Origin: a virus
Lineage: Duplodnaviria; Caudoviricetes
Direction: 5' to 3' (one strand)
DNA: 54,063 nt
IMG/VR virus record: IMGVR_UViG_3300042923_000886
Coordinates: 1 to 54,063 of that record
Below, piece by piece: positions 26,985-36,669 of the stretch; the stretch's first letter is position 1, and each line of letters opens with the position of its first letter. The position numbers were made by a program, and so were the translations under genes. The notes under the pieces were generated by a model that was given only the letters and a program-made list of their open reading frames with translations, searched no databases and had not been told where the DNA came from.

Positions 26985-28706
26985 ATGGCTAATAAAAAAA
27001 TCATATACATGGGGCTTGACTATTCTCAATTAGATGCAGGGACAACAGAGATAAATCGGAAGATGGGTTTATTAGAATCACAGTTCAAACTGACAAAGGA
27101 AGAAATCAAATCCTATGGCAGTGAAGCCGATCAGCTTTCTCTTAAAAGTGAAAAACTGACACAGGAGATCATATTACAGACCAAGAAGGTTGACTTATCA
27201 AAGGAGGCATATGATAAGGCTGTAGCCAGCGGAAAGGCTTCCGATAAGCAATTAGATAATCTTCAAAAGTCATATATAGATAGTCAGACTAAGTTACAAA
27301 AGCTAAATAATGAACTTGCTGAGAATAAGACAAAGATAGATAAAGCAGCAAAAAGCGCGGACTCATTCGGTGGATCTATTAGGAATATTGCGTCTGATCT
27401 TGGTATTAATGTAAGTCCGGCATTGGAAGGTGTTGCGTCAAAATTTGATGGTATGGATGCAAGCGTAGGAAATGCTATTGTAGGTATTGGAGCAATAGCC
27501 ACCGCATTTATCGGATGTACCGTAGCGGCAGCAGGTATGGCGGATGAGCTACTTACTCTTTCAAGCACATCAGGAGTAGCAACCGATGAATTACAGAAGA
27601 TGCAATATGCTTCGGAATTCCTTGACGTAGGAACAACTACAATGACCGGTTCTATGACCAAACTTACAAGAAGCATGAATGATGCCAGAAACGGATCTAA
27701 AGAGCTGGATGAAGCATTTAGAACCCTTCATTTAAGATACAAGGACAATAATAATGTATTGCTTGACTCACAGGAAGTGTTTTACCAGACGATTGATGCA
27801 TTGGGCAAGATTAAAAATGAGACTGAAAGAGATGCATTATCGATGACTGTCTTTGGAAAGTCGGCTAAAGATCTTAATCCTTTAATTGAAGCAGGAAGTA
27901 AAAGACTTAGAGAGTTAGGGATTGAAGCTGAAGACATGGGATTAATTTTAAGCGGACAAGCTCTCGAAGATCTTGGACAGTTTGATGATAATATGCAGAA
28001 AATGAATGCAACATTTGAAGCAACTAAGGTGCAGTTAGGATTGGTTTTACTTCCGGTGCTAACTGCTCTTACAGATTGGATTGGAGATATTCCGGCTCCT
28101 GTATTATCGGGAGTAATAGCATTCGGATCAATGTTGGTAATCTTTGGGCTACTTACTAAGGCCGCTCAATCAATGGCGATTGCTAATGCATTATTGTCAG
28201 CGTCTAATGTAACTGTAGGATCAACTGGAATCATTGCTACAACAGGTATGGGTCCTTTGCTTTTAATATTGCTTGGAATAGCTGCAGCTGTTGCATTAAT
28301 AGTAGGCGGAGCAGTAGGAATTAAAAATGCAATGAATGAAGTGAAAGATGCGACTTCTGACATCATCAGTAGCACTAATAATGCTGCAGCTAATGCACAA
28401 TCAGCAGTAACATCTTCATCTCGTACAAGAAGCTATTCTCAATCACCTTTGACACGATCTAATGCAAGCGGTACCGACAACTTCCCGGGTGGCGATACCT
28501 GGGTAGGTGAAGCTGGTCCAGAGATCGTCAGTCTGCCAAGAGGAAGTAAGATATACAGCAATTCTAGAAGCCAGGAGCTCACCGGTGGCGGTGATACCTA
28601 TAACATAACAATCGATGCTAGAAATGTCAAAGAATTCAATGATGTGATATCTATTATGCAGAACTATAAGCAGACAGTAAGGCAAGGGAGGGTGAGATCG
28701 GTATGA
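26985..28706 (+). CDS. Tape measure protein
   Basis: Helical, Ala/Gly-rich, hydrophobic segments, WVGEAGPE motif. Confidence 0.9.
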   Translation: MANKKIIYMGLDYSQLDAGTTEINRKMGLLESQFKLTKEEIKSYGSEADQLSLKSEKLTQEIILQTKKVDLSKEAYDKAVASGKASDKQLDNLQKSYIDSQTKLQKLNNELAENKTKIDKAAKSADSFGGSIRNIASDLGINVSPALEGVASKFDGMDASVGNAIVGIGAIATAFIGCTVAAAGMADELLTLSSTSGVATDELQKMQYASEFLDVGTTTMTGSMTKLTRSMNDARNGSKELDEAFRTLHLRYKDNNNVLLDSQEVFYQTIDALGKIKNETERDALSMTVFGKSAKDLNPLIEAGSKRLRELGIEAEDMGLILSGQALEDLGQFDDNMQKMNATFEATKVQLGLVLLPVLTALTDWIGDIPAPVLSGVIAFGSMLVIFGLLTKAAQSMAIANALLSASNVTVGSTGIIATTGMGPLLLILLGIAAAVALIVGGAVGIKNAMNEVKDATSDIISSTNNAAANAQSAVTSSSRTRSYSQSPLTRSNASGTDNFPGGDTWVGEAGPEIVSLPRGSKIYSNSRSQELTGGGDTYNITIDARNVKEFNDVISIMQNYKQTVRQGRVRSV

Positions 28707-30802
28707 GTACGCAAATGACATTTACTTGTGCAAAGGATACATATACAAGTCTTTTAACCCCAACAGCCAATTATGGATCATCATTGTTTAATAAAGTAGG
28801 ACATTTAGCGGATCCAAATACAAATTCATTTTTCGCATCCTTCTTTGGCTTTGATTTATCATCTATTCCTAAAAATAAAGTTATTACTGCAATGAATATT
28901 CAGATATATATTTATTCATTCTTTGACAAATTTGGAACCTTGGGGAATCCCATATATGGTGATTCTAGCTATGCAGCAACCTATCCTTTGGTTATTAAAG
29001 CGAGAAGAGTAGTAAATTACACGTTAGCTGAACTAGAGAGCTCGCTAACATATACAGAAGTTACTGGTAAGCCGGGAACAGATAATGTATATGGAGCAAC
29101 AAGTGCAGCCGGAGACGCATCATATAATATCATTTACTCCAGAGGATCATACATAACTTTACCCGTATCGAATGTGGTTAGAAATGATGCTGGAGAGTAT
29201 GTAGTTGCAGTCTTTAGAGATGATAACTATCTCAATAATTCTGGTCTAACAATTGCAACGAATATTACAGCTAGAGATAATGCATATCCTGCAATATTAA
29301 CGGTGACATTGGATGATTATGTACCAGCTGCTCCGACGAATATCACACCTAATAATTCCAATAGAAATGTAGCTGGAGACATTAAATTATCTTGGCAATG
29401 GGAAGATACGTATGTAGGTACCACACAGGCGAGCTATGAGTTGATGTATTCCACTAATAACTTTGTTACATCTCAAGCCGTAACGGGTACGACTGCAAAA
29501 GAACATATAATACCGGCGAACACATTCGCATTTGGTAACACGGTAAGCTGGAAAGTCAGAATAACAGACTCAAATGGGGATACCTCAAGTTGGTCTGATG
29601 TAGCAACGTTTAATATAGGACTAACAACTCCTTCTACACCGGAAGCAATCAGTCCTATAAGCACCATAGTCAATTCATCGGATGAGATTTACTACAGATG
29701 GAAATTTATTGATCTGTTTGGATATACTCAAACTAAATTTGATTTACAATACCGCGAAGGAACAACACCAGAGACAACCATCACAGTAACCGATACGGGC
29801 AATCAATATATAATGCCTAGTAAAACGATTATAAATGGTGGTGACTATTCATGGAGAGTAAGATGCTACAATGCATTCAATGAAGTAAGTCCGTATACCA
29901 CATGGCAGCCGTTTTATGCGATTGGTCAGCCTGCAGCACCGTCTATTTCATCCATCAGTAATAATACTAGACCGGTTGTTAAGTGGTCTGCATTTGACCA
30001 AGATATATATGTATTAAAGATTTATAAAGATAATGTAGGTGTATATGATTCCGGTGAACAGTTTGGAGCATTTGAACATGCAGTTAGTACATTCTTAGAG
30101 GATGGAAATTATCTCGTAGGTATCAAAATTCGTAGCTTGTATGGCTTTTGGAGCAATGAAGCATTAAGTTCATTCACATTATCTACAACGAAACCAAGTA
30201 AGCCAATATTGTACGGAACTTCTAGTGGATTATACGTCTCTATGATTTTAACATCATCAACAATAGATAATATAATCTACAGAAAAGGTGAAAAAGATAA
30301 TGCTTTCATAATGGTTGATGAAATAACATCAAATACGTATATTGATTATAAAGTTCCGGCTGGTGAGAATGTCTATTTTATAAGATCAGTTAATGAAAAT
30401 GGTTTTATTGATAGCGATATGATTACAGTAAATGTAAGCTTCTATGGATCGGTAATTGCGGGTTTTGATAACATTTCTGAGATGGTTAACCTATACAAAA
30501 CAAAGGATACAGATAAGAGAAAATCGATATCGTTTTCAAAGACTCAATATCTGGTTAATTGCAATGGAAGAAAATACCCTATACAACAGAGTATGCCGTT
30601 TAGAAATCATAGTGAAAACCATGAGTATTTTATTAAGATCGATGATTATGACAAACTATGCCGTATCATCGATGAAAATGATACTTTCTATTACCGGAAT
30701 AATTATGGATATCATTATAAAATCAGCTTATCGAATGTAGTAATCCAGGAAGATGTATTCGGGTATAATGTATCGTTTATCGTAACCAGATTGGAGGAAT
30801 AA
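28703..30802 (+). CDS. Distal tail/baseplate protein with fibronectin-III-like repeats
   Basis: Repeated P.AP...SW.W...WKVR / WRVRC modules; follows tape measure. Confidence 0.7.
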   Translation: MSTQMTFTCAKDTYTSLLTPTANYGSSLFNKVGHLADPNTNSFFASFFGFDLSSIPKNKVITAMNIQIYIYSFFDKFGTLGNPIYGDSSYAATYPLVIKARRVVNYTLAELESSLTYTEVTGKPGTDNVYGATSAAGDASYNIIYSRGSYITLPVSNVVRNDAGEYVVAVFRDDNYLNNSGLTIATNITARDNAYPAILTVTLDDYVPAAPTNITPNNSNRNVAGDIKLSWQWEDTYVGTTQASYELMYSTNNFVTSQAVTGTTAKEHIIPANTFAFGNTVSWKVRITDSNGDTSSWSDVATFNIGLTTPSTPEAISPISTIVNSSDEIYYRWKFIDLFGYTQTKFDLQYREGTTPETTITVTDTGNQYIMPSKTIINGGDYSWRVRCYNAFNEVSPYTTWQPFYAIGQPAAPSISSISNNTRPVVKWSAFDQDIYVLKIYKDNVGVYDSGEQFGAFEHAVSTFLEDGNYLVGIKIRSLYGFWSNEALSSFTLSTTKPSKPILYGTSSGLYVSMILTSSTIDNIIYRKGEKDNAFIMVDEITSNTYIDYKVPAGENVYFIRSVNENGFIDSDMITVNVSFYGSVIAGFDNISEMVNLYKTKDTDKRKSISFSKTQYLVNCNGRKYPIQQSMPFRNHSENHEYFIKIDDYDKLCRIIDENDTFYYRNNYGYHYKISLSNVVIQEDVFGYNVSFIVTRLEE

Positions 30803-30804
30803 AG

Positions 30805-31911
30805 ATGAAGGAATTAGCTCAGGAGGGGTTTACTCATGATCGAGTTAAAGATGCATTGATGTCCAATCGGCAGATCCAATTTGAATATGAATTACTTGAT
30901 AAACAGGATAGAAGGATAGGAACCATTGACGATGTGAATGGTTCCTATTCTTTTAACTCAGAGGCACAAATTAAAGGAGCCGGAAGATTTGTATTAAATG
31001 AGAAAAACCTAAGAGAAATAGATTTTCTTAGTGAAAGAATTAAACCGCTCTTTTGTTTGAAAATCGGTTCAAAATGGATTAAATGGAGCCAGGGTATCTA
31101 TCTGATAAGTTCACCAGACCGAGAAGAAAGAAACGGAGGGGTATACCGATCAATAGATGCCTATGACAAATCATTAATTCTAATGGAAGATAAGGTTGAT
31201 AATCGATATTTGATTACAGCCGGTACATTATACACGGATGCAATCAGGACACTACTAATTTCTGCAGGTATTACAAAATACAGCATTGAAGAAAGCAGTT
31301 TGGAATTATCGGTTGACAAGGAATTTGAGATAGGTACCAGTAAGCTCGATATTATAAATGGGCTTTTGATTTCAATTAATTATAATACGTTATGGTTCGA
31401 TGGTAATGGGTATTGCATGATTAGAAAGTATATCAATCCGAAAGACAGAGCATATGAGTTCAATTATGAAACGGATGAAAAATCAATCATCACGTACGGT
31501 TCAACTGAGTCCATAGATGCATTTAATGTACCGAATAAATTTGTAAGGTATGTCGAAAATCCGGAAACAGATTACTTGATTTCATCCTTTGTAAATGATA
31601 GATCGAGCAATCCGTTATCCACCGTGAGCAGAGGAAGAGTTATAACTGATATTGAAGCTGTAAGTGATATTCCGGATCAGGTAACACTTGATCAGTATGT
31701 TCAGAGAGTAGCAACCGAGAGAAGCCTTATATTCGGAGGTGTAAAATTTCCGACGTTACCGATGCCACATCATACATTTCTGGATTGCTTAAGAGTAAAA
31801 AATACCACCTTAGGCATTGCAGAAAAGTATATTGAAACTGAATGGAGCATTGACACCGGTGAAAAAGGTCTTATGACTCATAAATGCAAGAAGGTGGTTG
31901 AATTATGGTAG
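30805..31911 (+). CDS. Baseplate hub / tail-tip protein
   Basis: GIYLISSP, DAYDKS..L, VPNKFV, STVSRGR. Confidence 0.7.
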   Translation: MKELAQEGFTHDRVKDALMSNRQIQFEYELLDKQDRRIGTIDDVNGSYSFNSEAQIKGAGRFVLNEKNLREIDFLSERIKPLFCLKIGSKWIKWSQGIYLISSPDREERNGGVYRSIDAYDKSLILMEDKVDNRYLITAGTLYTDAIRTLLISAGITKYSIEESSLELSVDKEFEIGTSKLDIINGLLISINYNTLWFDGNGYCMIRKYINPKDRAYEFNYETDEKSIITYGSTESIDAFNVPNKFVRYVENPETDYLISSFVNDRSSNPLSTVSRGRVITDIEAVSDIPDQVTLDQYVQRVATERSLIFGGVKFPTLPMPHHTFLDCLRVKNTTLGIAEKYIETEWSIDTGEKGLMTHKCKKVVELW

Positions 31912-32861
31912 ATGCAAATGAGTTTGTAAAGCTAGAAGAAGGACAAAAGGATGAGTTGGATTTTAAACTTGCCACAGTAACTGAACTATTTGAGACGGGT
32001 ACAGCTAAGATTATATTCTATGGTGAAGACGTTGCGAGTGAGAAAGAATATGCGTATTTAGCTTCCTATGAGCCTGTGATTGGAGACATTGTTCTTACTG
32101 TTCCATTTGCTGATAGTTATATCATAATAGGTAGGCTGCTATTTAAACAGACATTGCCGGAAGAAATCGAGATTACTATGGATGATGTCAATGGAGCTAT
32201 CACTGAAGCTTTGACAACATATGCGAAAACATCAGATCTTTCTGCTTATGTTCAGACGACTGCATTATCAGAATATGTAAAGACATCTCAATTATCAACG
32301 TATGCGAAAACATCCGATTTATCGAATTATTCACCTACTAGTCATACTCACACCAGTGTTAAAAGCTCCAGCTATACGGCCGGACTTGATCTTATTTTTA
32401 ATGGCTATCCTGCACTTATACCAAGTTCATCAAATATGTGCCTTGGTGCATCAAGCAATGCAAGATGGAATACAGTGTATGCCGTAACAGGAACGATTAA
32501 CACATCAGATAAAAGGCAGAAAAAGTTTATAAAGTCGATAAGTGAAAAATACTTAGGTTTATTCGAAAAACTGAGACCTGTCACATACAAATTTAAGAAA
32601 AATCAAAGTGATAGAATTCATCTTGGATTTGTTGCTCAGGAAGTAGAGGATGCAATGAGTAGCATCGGAATGGACAGTAAGGAATTCGCCGGGTTTATTA
32701 AAGCACCCATAAGGGACAAGGGTGGGAATATCATAGATTATGAGTATGGGCTTAGATATTCAGAGTTTATCGCTCTAAATTCATATATGATACAACAGCT
32801 CATGAAGAAAATAGATAAATTATCAAAGAGAATTGAGAAACTTGAAAGGAAGTCGAGGTGA
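31905..32861 (+). CDS. Tail spike with C-terminal intramolecular chaperone (S74-type)
   Basis: N-terminal OB-like GD.VL..IIIG; 9-aa repeats; SDKRQKK, GFVAQEVE, LRYSEFI, coiled coil. Confidence 0.8.
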   Translation: MVDANEFVKLEEGQKDELDFKLATVTELFETGTAKIIFYGEDVASEKEYAYLASYEPVIGDIVLTVPFADSYIIIGRLLFKQTLPEEIEITMDDVNGAITEALTTYAKTSDLSAYVQTTALSEYVKTSQLSTYAKTSDLSNYSPTSHTHTSVKSSSYTAGLDLIFNGYPALIPSSSNMCLGASSNARWNTVYAVTGTINTSDKRQKKFIKSISEKYLGLFEKLRPVTYKFKKNQSDRIHLGFVAQEVEDAMSSIGMDSKEFAGFIKAPIRDKGGNIIDYEYGLRYSEFIALNSYMIQQLMKKIDKLSKRIEKLERKSR

Positions 32862-32865
32862 TCAG

Positions 32866-34017
32866 ATGGTTATAGTTACATTTTCAGACAATGGTATTAC
32901 ATATGATAAAAATGCATTCTTCCAGTATGACTATGGACAGAAAATTGAAGTTCATGGTTTAAATCTTCCTGACGGTACTCAGTTCCATTTCGCTAATAAA
33001 GGTGCAGGAGCAGTTGCTAAAATAAGTACAACGGTTGGTGAAGTGACCACGGTGGATGTTCCACAGAGCGTTCTGCTTCTTCATGGGGAAATGAACGTAT
33101 ATATTTATTCAACCTCTGAGACAAGTGGTATCACCATTAAAAGTATAACATTCAATGTTAAGGGTAGAGAGAAGCCGGGTGATTATGCTCCTCCGGATGA
33201 GCCGAACATCATTGAAGAGTTACAAGCCAAGCTGGATCAGATAATTGCAACTGGTATCGCTTCATATACACCGGATCCGCAGGATGTTATCGATATTATT
33301 GATGACTATGTGCCGGGAAACTTGATTACGAATAATGATATTGCCACAATACCAGGAACAGCTTGGGATGCAGTAAGGGGTAAAGCAGCAAGGGACGATA
33401 TTACAATCCTTCAGAATGATAAATTAGATAAAAACGGAGATACGAAGGACAATACAGTATCATTCACAGAGGCAGTAGTTGAGGCTGATATCAATACAAC
33501 CGAAACCCATGCAACGATATTCGGAAAGATAAAAAAATCCATAAAGACATTTAGAACATCAATTGCTGAAAAATTCGCACTTTCAAATATTATACATACA
33601 ACTGTGGTGAACGATACAACTAAGGTACCAAGCTCTGCGGTAACCTACAGTTTAGCGCAGAGTGTTCAGACGCTAAATGATAATTTAGTAGTGGAAGATT
33701 TATCATCATCCGTGACTGTTTCATTAACCGGATTAGTCATTAAATTAAGACGATACGGCAAACATGTTTATGTGTTAGACTTTGCATATTCAGGAACCGC
33801 GGAGATAACAAATGGTATAGTTTGCGCTATCTTGACAAATTCAGATTTTATGCCAATGTCAGATACTCTCGGGGCCTTAACCGCGTATAATACAACACTT
33901 ATTTATAACACTCCTATGTTAACTGTTAGCTCCGGTTCTCAGATAACCATTAGTGGCTGCACGGTTGCATCAGGTACGTTGGCTGTAATCAGTGGGCAAG
34001 TGATATGGATTAGATAG
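32866..34017 (+). CDS. Tail fibre / receptor-binding protein with exchangeable C-terminus
   Basis: FQYDYGQ N-terminus, fibre shaft, LNDNL junction, C-terminal beta-rich domain. Confidence 0.8.
   Translation: MVIVTFSDNGITYDKNAFFQYDYGQKIEVHGLNLPDGTQFHFANKGAGAVAKISTTVGEVTTVDVPQSVLLLHGEMNVYIYSTSETSGITIKSITFNVKGREKPGDYAPPDEPNIIEELQAKLDQIIATGIASYTPDPQDVIDIIDDYVPGNLITNNDIATIPGTAWDAVRGKAARDDITILQNDKLDKNGDTKDNTVSFTEAVVEADINTTETHATIFGKIKKSIKTFRTSIAEKFALSNIIHTTVVNDTTKVPSSAVTYSLAQSVQTLNDNLVVEDLSSSVTVSLTGLVIKLRRYGKHVYVLDFAYSGTAEITNGIVCAILTNSDFMPMSDTLGALTAYNTTLIYNTPMLTVSSGSQITISGCTVASGTLAVISGQVIWIR
33645..33700 (+). repeat. Inverted repeat L of tail-fibre invertible segment
   Basis: CTACAGTTTAGCG-N12-ACGcTAAATGATAATTTaGTaGTgGAAGAtT. 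Confidence 0.85.
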
Positions 34018-34020
34018 CTA

Positions 34021-34362
34021 TTAAATATCTAATCTCCACCGCACAGATAACCGCATATATATCTTATGTGTGGTATATGTAGCAACTTCAATCCCTAAAG
34101 ATGATATTTGTACCCACGCTATATTAGGAGTTGTTACTCCATCATAATTTATGCCATATCCTCCCTGCACCCCAGATAAAGGCTGTATGTTTGTTGGTAA
34201 CGACGTGATTATACCTCCGAGCGCATCAATTTGCAAGACGGTATATAGAATAGCCTCTTTGCCAACCTTTTTGCAGGAAAACTCCAATACTGATACGACA
34301 TTCGAACCAAAAGTAAAGCTACTCTGTGGATAGTCTTCTACCACAAAATTATCATTTATCGT
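34021..34362 (-). CDS. Silent alternative tail-fibre C-terminus
   Basis: TINDNFVVEDYPQ...SVRWRLDI in frame with the inverted repeat; no RBS; tail-to-tail with the expressed tip. Confidence 0.82.
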   Translation of the reverse strand, partial: TINDNFVVEDYPQSSFTFGSNVVSVLEFSCKKVGKEAILYTVLQIDALGGIITSLPTNIQPLSGVQGGYGINYDGVTTPNIAWVQISSLGIEVATYTTHKIYMRLSVRWRLDI

Positions 34363-34387
34363 ATTGATAGAATTCGCTAAACTGTAG
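34332..34387 (-). repeat. Inverted repeat R of tail-fibre invertible segment
   Basis: Reverse complement CTACAGTTTAGCG-N12-ACGaTAAATGATAATTTtGTgGTaGAAGAcT. Confidence 0.85.
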
Positions 34388-34419
34388 TTTCTAAAATAAA
34401 AATAGAAAGGATTTATTGA

Positions 34420-34734
34420 ATGGAAAAAATAATTATTAGTGGTACATCGTTTAATCTTGTACCTATGGGAATATCACAAACGGAAAAGAAAAGAAGCTTC
34501 ACTATTTCATCTGAGCTAACTTATGACGAAATTGAAGTAGCATTTTCAGATGTGTCTAACATAAGGTATACATCTGAAGCTGATGAAATTTTAAAGGTGT
34601 TTATGGATGGTATATCAGTTAAAACCATCTCTAAGGACTTTGAAAACAGTACTTATATAATCGAGATCAGCATTGATGCGGTTGAAGCTGAGTTAAAGCA
34701 ATTGCGAACTCAAGTCGCTGCGTTATTTGAATAA
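34420..34734 (+). CDS. Putative tail-fibre assembly/accessory protein
   Basis: RBS AAAGGA; beta-rich with C-terminal coiled coil. Confidence 0.6.
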   Translation: MEKIIISGTSFNLVPMGISQTEKKRSFTISSELTYDEIEVAFSDVSNIRYTSEADEILKVFMDGISVKTISKDFENSTYIIEISIDAVEAELKQLRTQVAALFE

Positions 34735-34779
34735 TTCGATATAATCATCGAATATGGTTATCAATGAAAGGATGGTAAT

Positions 34780-35127
34780 ATGATAAAAATAAAGTCAAAA
34801 AGCAATGAATTTATTGCTGAAGAAGTGAAAAAACCAAATGAGAATAGGCTGCAATTTACGGTAACCGGAATTACTGATTTTGAGGGATTTAAAAAGAAAC
34901 TTAATAAAAGAGATTTGGAAAATGTGGAGGTGTATACAGGAACAAAACTTACCTCCAGCTATGAAAAATTTAATAAGATTGTGTTTCCGATTGGTATTGA
35001 AGAGCTGGAAGATGGTACAAAGAAGGTAACTGTTACATTGGAGCAAGAGGATGAGAATTCAGCAAGACTTTCTGCCTTAGAGGATGCAGTTAAAAAACTG
35101 ATCCAATCAGGATTGGGGGCGGTATAG
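34780..35127 (+). CDS. Putative tail-fibre assembly/accessory protein (XkdW-like position)
   Basis: RBS AAAGGA; C-terminal RLSALEDAV coiled coil; precedes XkdX-like ORF. Confidence 0.6.
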   Translation: MIKIKSKSNEFIAEEVKKPNENRLQFTVTGITDFEGFKKKLNKRDLENVEVYTGTKLTSSYEKFNKIVFPIGIEELEDGTKKVTVTLEQEDENSARLSALEDAVKKLIQSGLGAV

Positions 35128-35255
35128 TGGTTGAATTAATGATTGAACTATACCGTGACAACCTATTAGACGATATCAATCTCGATATCGCTGTTAATAA
35201 GAAATGGATTACTGAAGAAGAAAAAACAGAAATAGTAGCAAGTAAGGGAGCTTAG
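35127..35255 (+). CDS. XkdX-like small protein
   Basis: LY...LDIAVNKKWITEEEKTEI (42 aa). Confidence 0.75.
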   Translation: MVELMIELYRDNLLDDINLDIAVNKKWITEEEKTEIVASKGA

Positions 35256-35312
35256 AAATAAGCTTCCTTTTGAAATGTCAATATTAAATCAATGAAAGAA
35301 GGGTAAGGGAGA

Positions 35313-35765
35313 ATGAGTAAAATTAAAACATTAGTAACTGGATTTTTCGCTATGTTAGCAGGCTGGTTAGGGATATTAGCAATCCCCATGTTGATACTTA
35401 TAATCTGTAATGTGGCCGATTATGTGACAGGCTTAGTGGCGAGTAAGTATCGCAATGAACAGATAAACAGCTACAAGAGTTTTCGAGGTATTGCTAAGAA
35501 AGTATGTATGTGGTTACTGGTAGGAGTAGGAGCTATAATTGATTGGCTTATGATTTATGCTGGTGAAACAGCAGGTATAACAATGCCTTTTACATTTTTA
35601 GTAGCTTGTATCGTGGCAATTTGGCTTATTTGCAATGAGATTATAAGTATTCTCGAAAACATGGTTGATATAGGAGTTGATCTTCCTCCGTTCTTAGCAC
35701 CCATTATAAAAAATATCAAGACACAAGTTGAAAATAAGGCTACTGTGAAGGAGAATGATGCATAA
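35313..35765 (+). CDS. Holin (phage holin 4 family)
   Basis: DYVTG, S.KSFRGIAKK, NEIISILEN. Confidence 0.92.
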   Translation: MSKIKTLVTGFFAMLAGWLGILAIPMLILIICNVADYVTGLVASKYRNEQINSYKSFRGIAKKVCMWLLVGVGAIIDWLMIYAGETAGITMPFTFLVACIVAIWLICNEIISILENMVDIGVDLPPFLAPIIKNIKTQVENKATVKENDA

Positions 35766-36448
35766 TGAATATTACAAAGCGATATATGACAAAGAACCGA
35801 TGCTATTCCAGACCAGTAAAACTGAAGGTTCAGAAGCTTGTACTTCACTCTCTCGGGGTAGCTCAGCCGAATGCATATGTACTGATCAACTCATGGGACA
35901 ACCAAGAGGCTGATAAATGTGTACATGCCTTTATCATGGAACACGAAGTCATTCAGACTCTTCCTTGGGATCGTAAGGGATGGCATGTAGGAAGCGGTAG
36001 CAAGGGATCATGGAATAGCTGCTCGATCGGTATTGAGATCTGCGAGCCTTCCGGACATAAATACAATGGGGGCACTATGGTCGGCTATGATGTAAAGAAG
36101 AATTCAGCCTACTTTGCAGCGGTATATAACAATGCTGTGGAGTTATTTGCTTTCCTCTGTAAAGAACATAATCTGAATCCTATAGAAGATGTATATTGTC
36201 ACAGTGAAGTAAATAAGCTTGGTTATGGATCTAATCATGCAGATGTAATGCAATGGTTCCCGAAGCACGGAAAGAGCATGGCCACATTCCGAGAAGATGT
36301 AAAGAATAAACTAGAAGAGATACTGGAGCCTAAAAAAATTACCATTTACAGGGTGCAAGTTGGAGCGTTCGGATCAAAAGAGAATGCTAACCGTCTTGTT
36401 AAAGAGCTTGAGGTAAAAGGTTATAAACCTATTATCACAGAGGGTTGA
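35765..36448 (+). CDS. N-acetylmuramoyl-L-alanine amidase endolysin with SPOR domain
   Basis: LVLHS, CVHAF, GWHVG, IGIEICE, HSE, NHAD; YRVQVGAF. Confidence 0.92.
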   Translation: MNITKRYMTKNRCYSRPVKLKVQKLVLHSLGVAQPNAYVLINSWDNQEADKCVHAFIMEHEVIQTLPWDRKGWHVGSGSKGSWNSCSIGIEICEPSGHKYNGGTMVGYDVKKNSAYFAAVYNNAVELFAFLCKEHNLNPIEDVYCHSEVNKLGYGSNHADVMQWFPKHGKSMATFREDVKNKLEEILEPKKITIYRVQVGAFGSKENANRLVKELEVKGYKPIITEG

Positions 36449-36621
36449 CACAGCTTCTATATGTGCACAAAATGTACACGCAAGAAAAAAATGCGTGGAG
36501 TTGGTTACATAAACCGATAACCGTCTTAAATGTTAAAATTCGAGGTCGTTAATGACTAGAGCTACAACCAGATTAAACCTCCATCGAGCAGATGAATACA
36601 AAGTGAATAGCTGGATAAAAT

Positions 36622-36657
36622 TATAGCCCTCATTGTCATTTGACTTTGAGGGCTATA
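36622..36657. terminator. Terminator hairpin between lysin and ltp
   Basis: TATAGCCCTCA...TGAGGGCTATA. Confidence 0.7.
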
Positions 36658-36669
36658 GTTATAATGCAT

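Noticed and set aside
32866-34420. Diversity-generating retroelement at the tail fibre
   Set aside because: No reverse transcriptase; repeats are inverted and mismatches are not adenine-specific
36449-36620. Riboswitch or ncRNA downstream of the endolysin
   Set aside because: Only short hairpins; no recognisable c-di-GMP or other aptamer core
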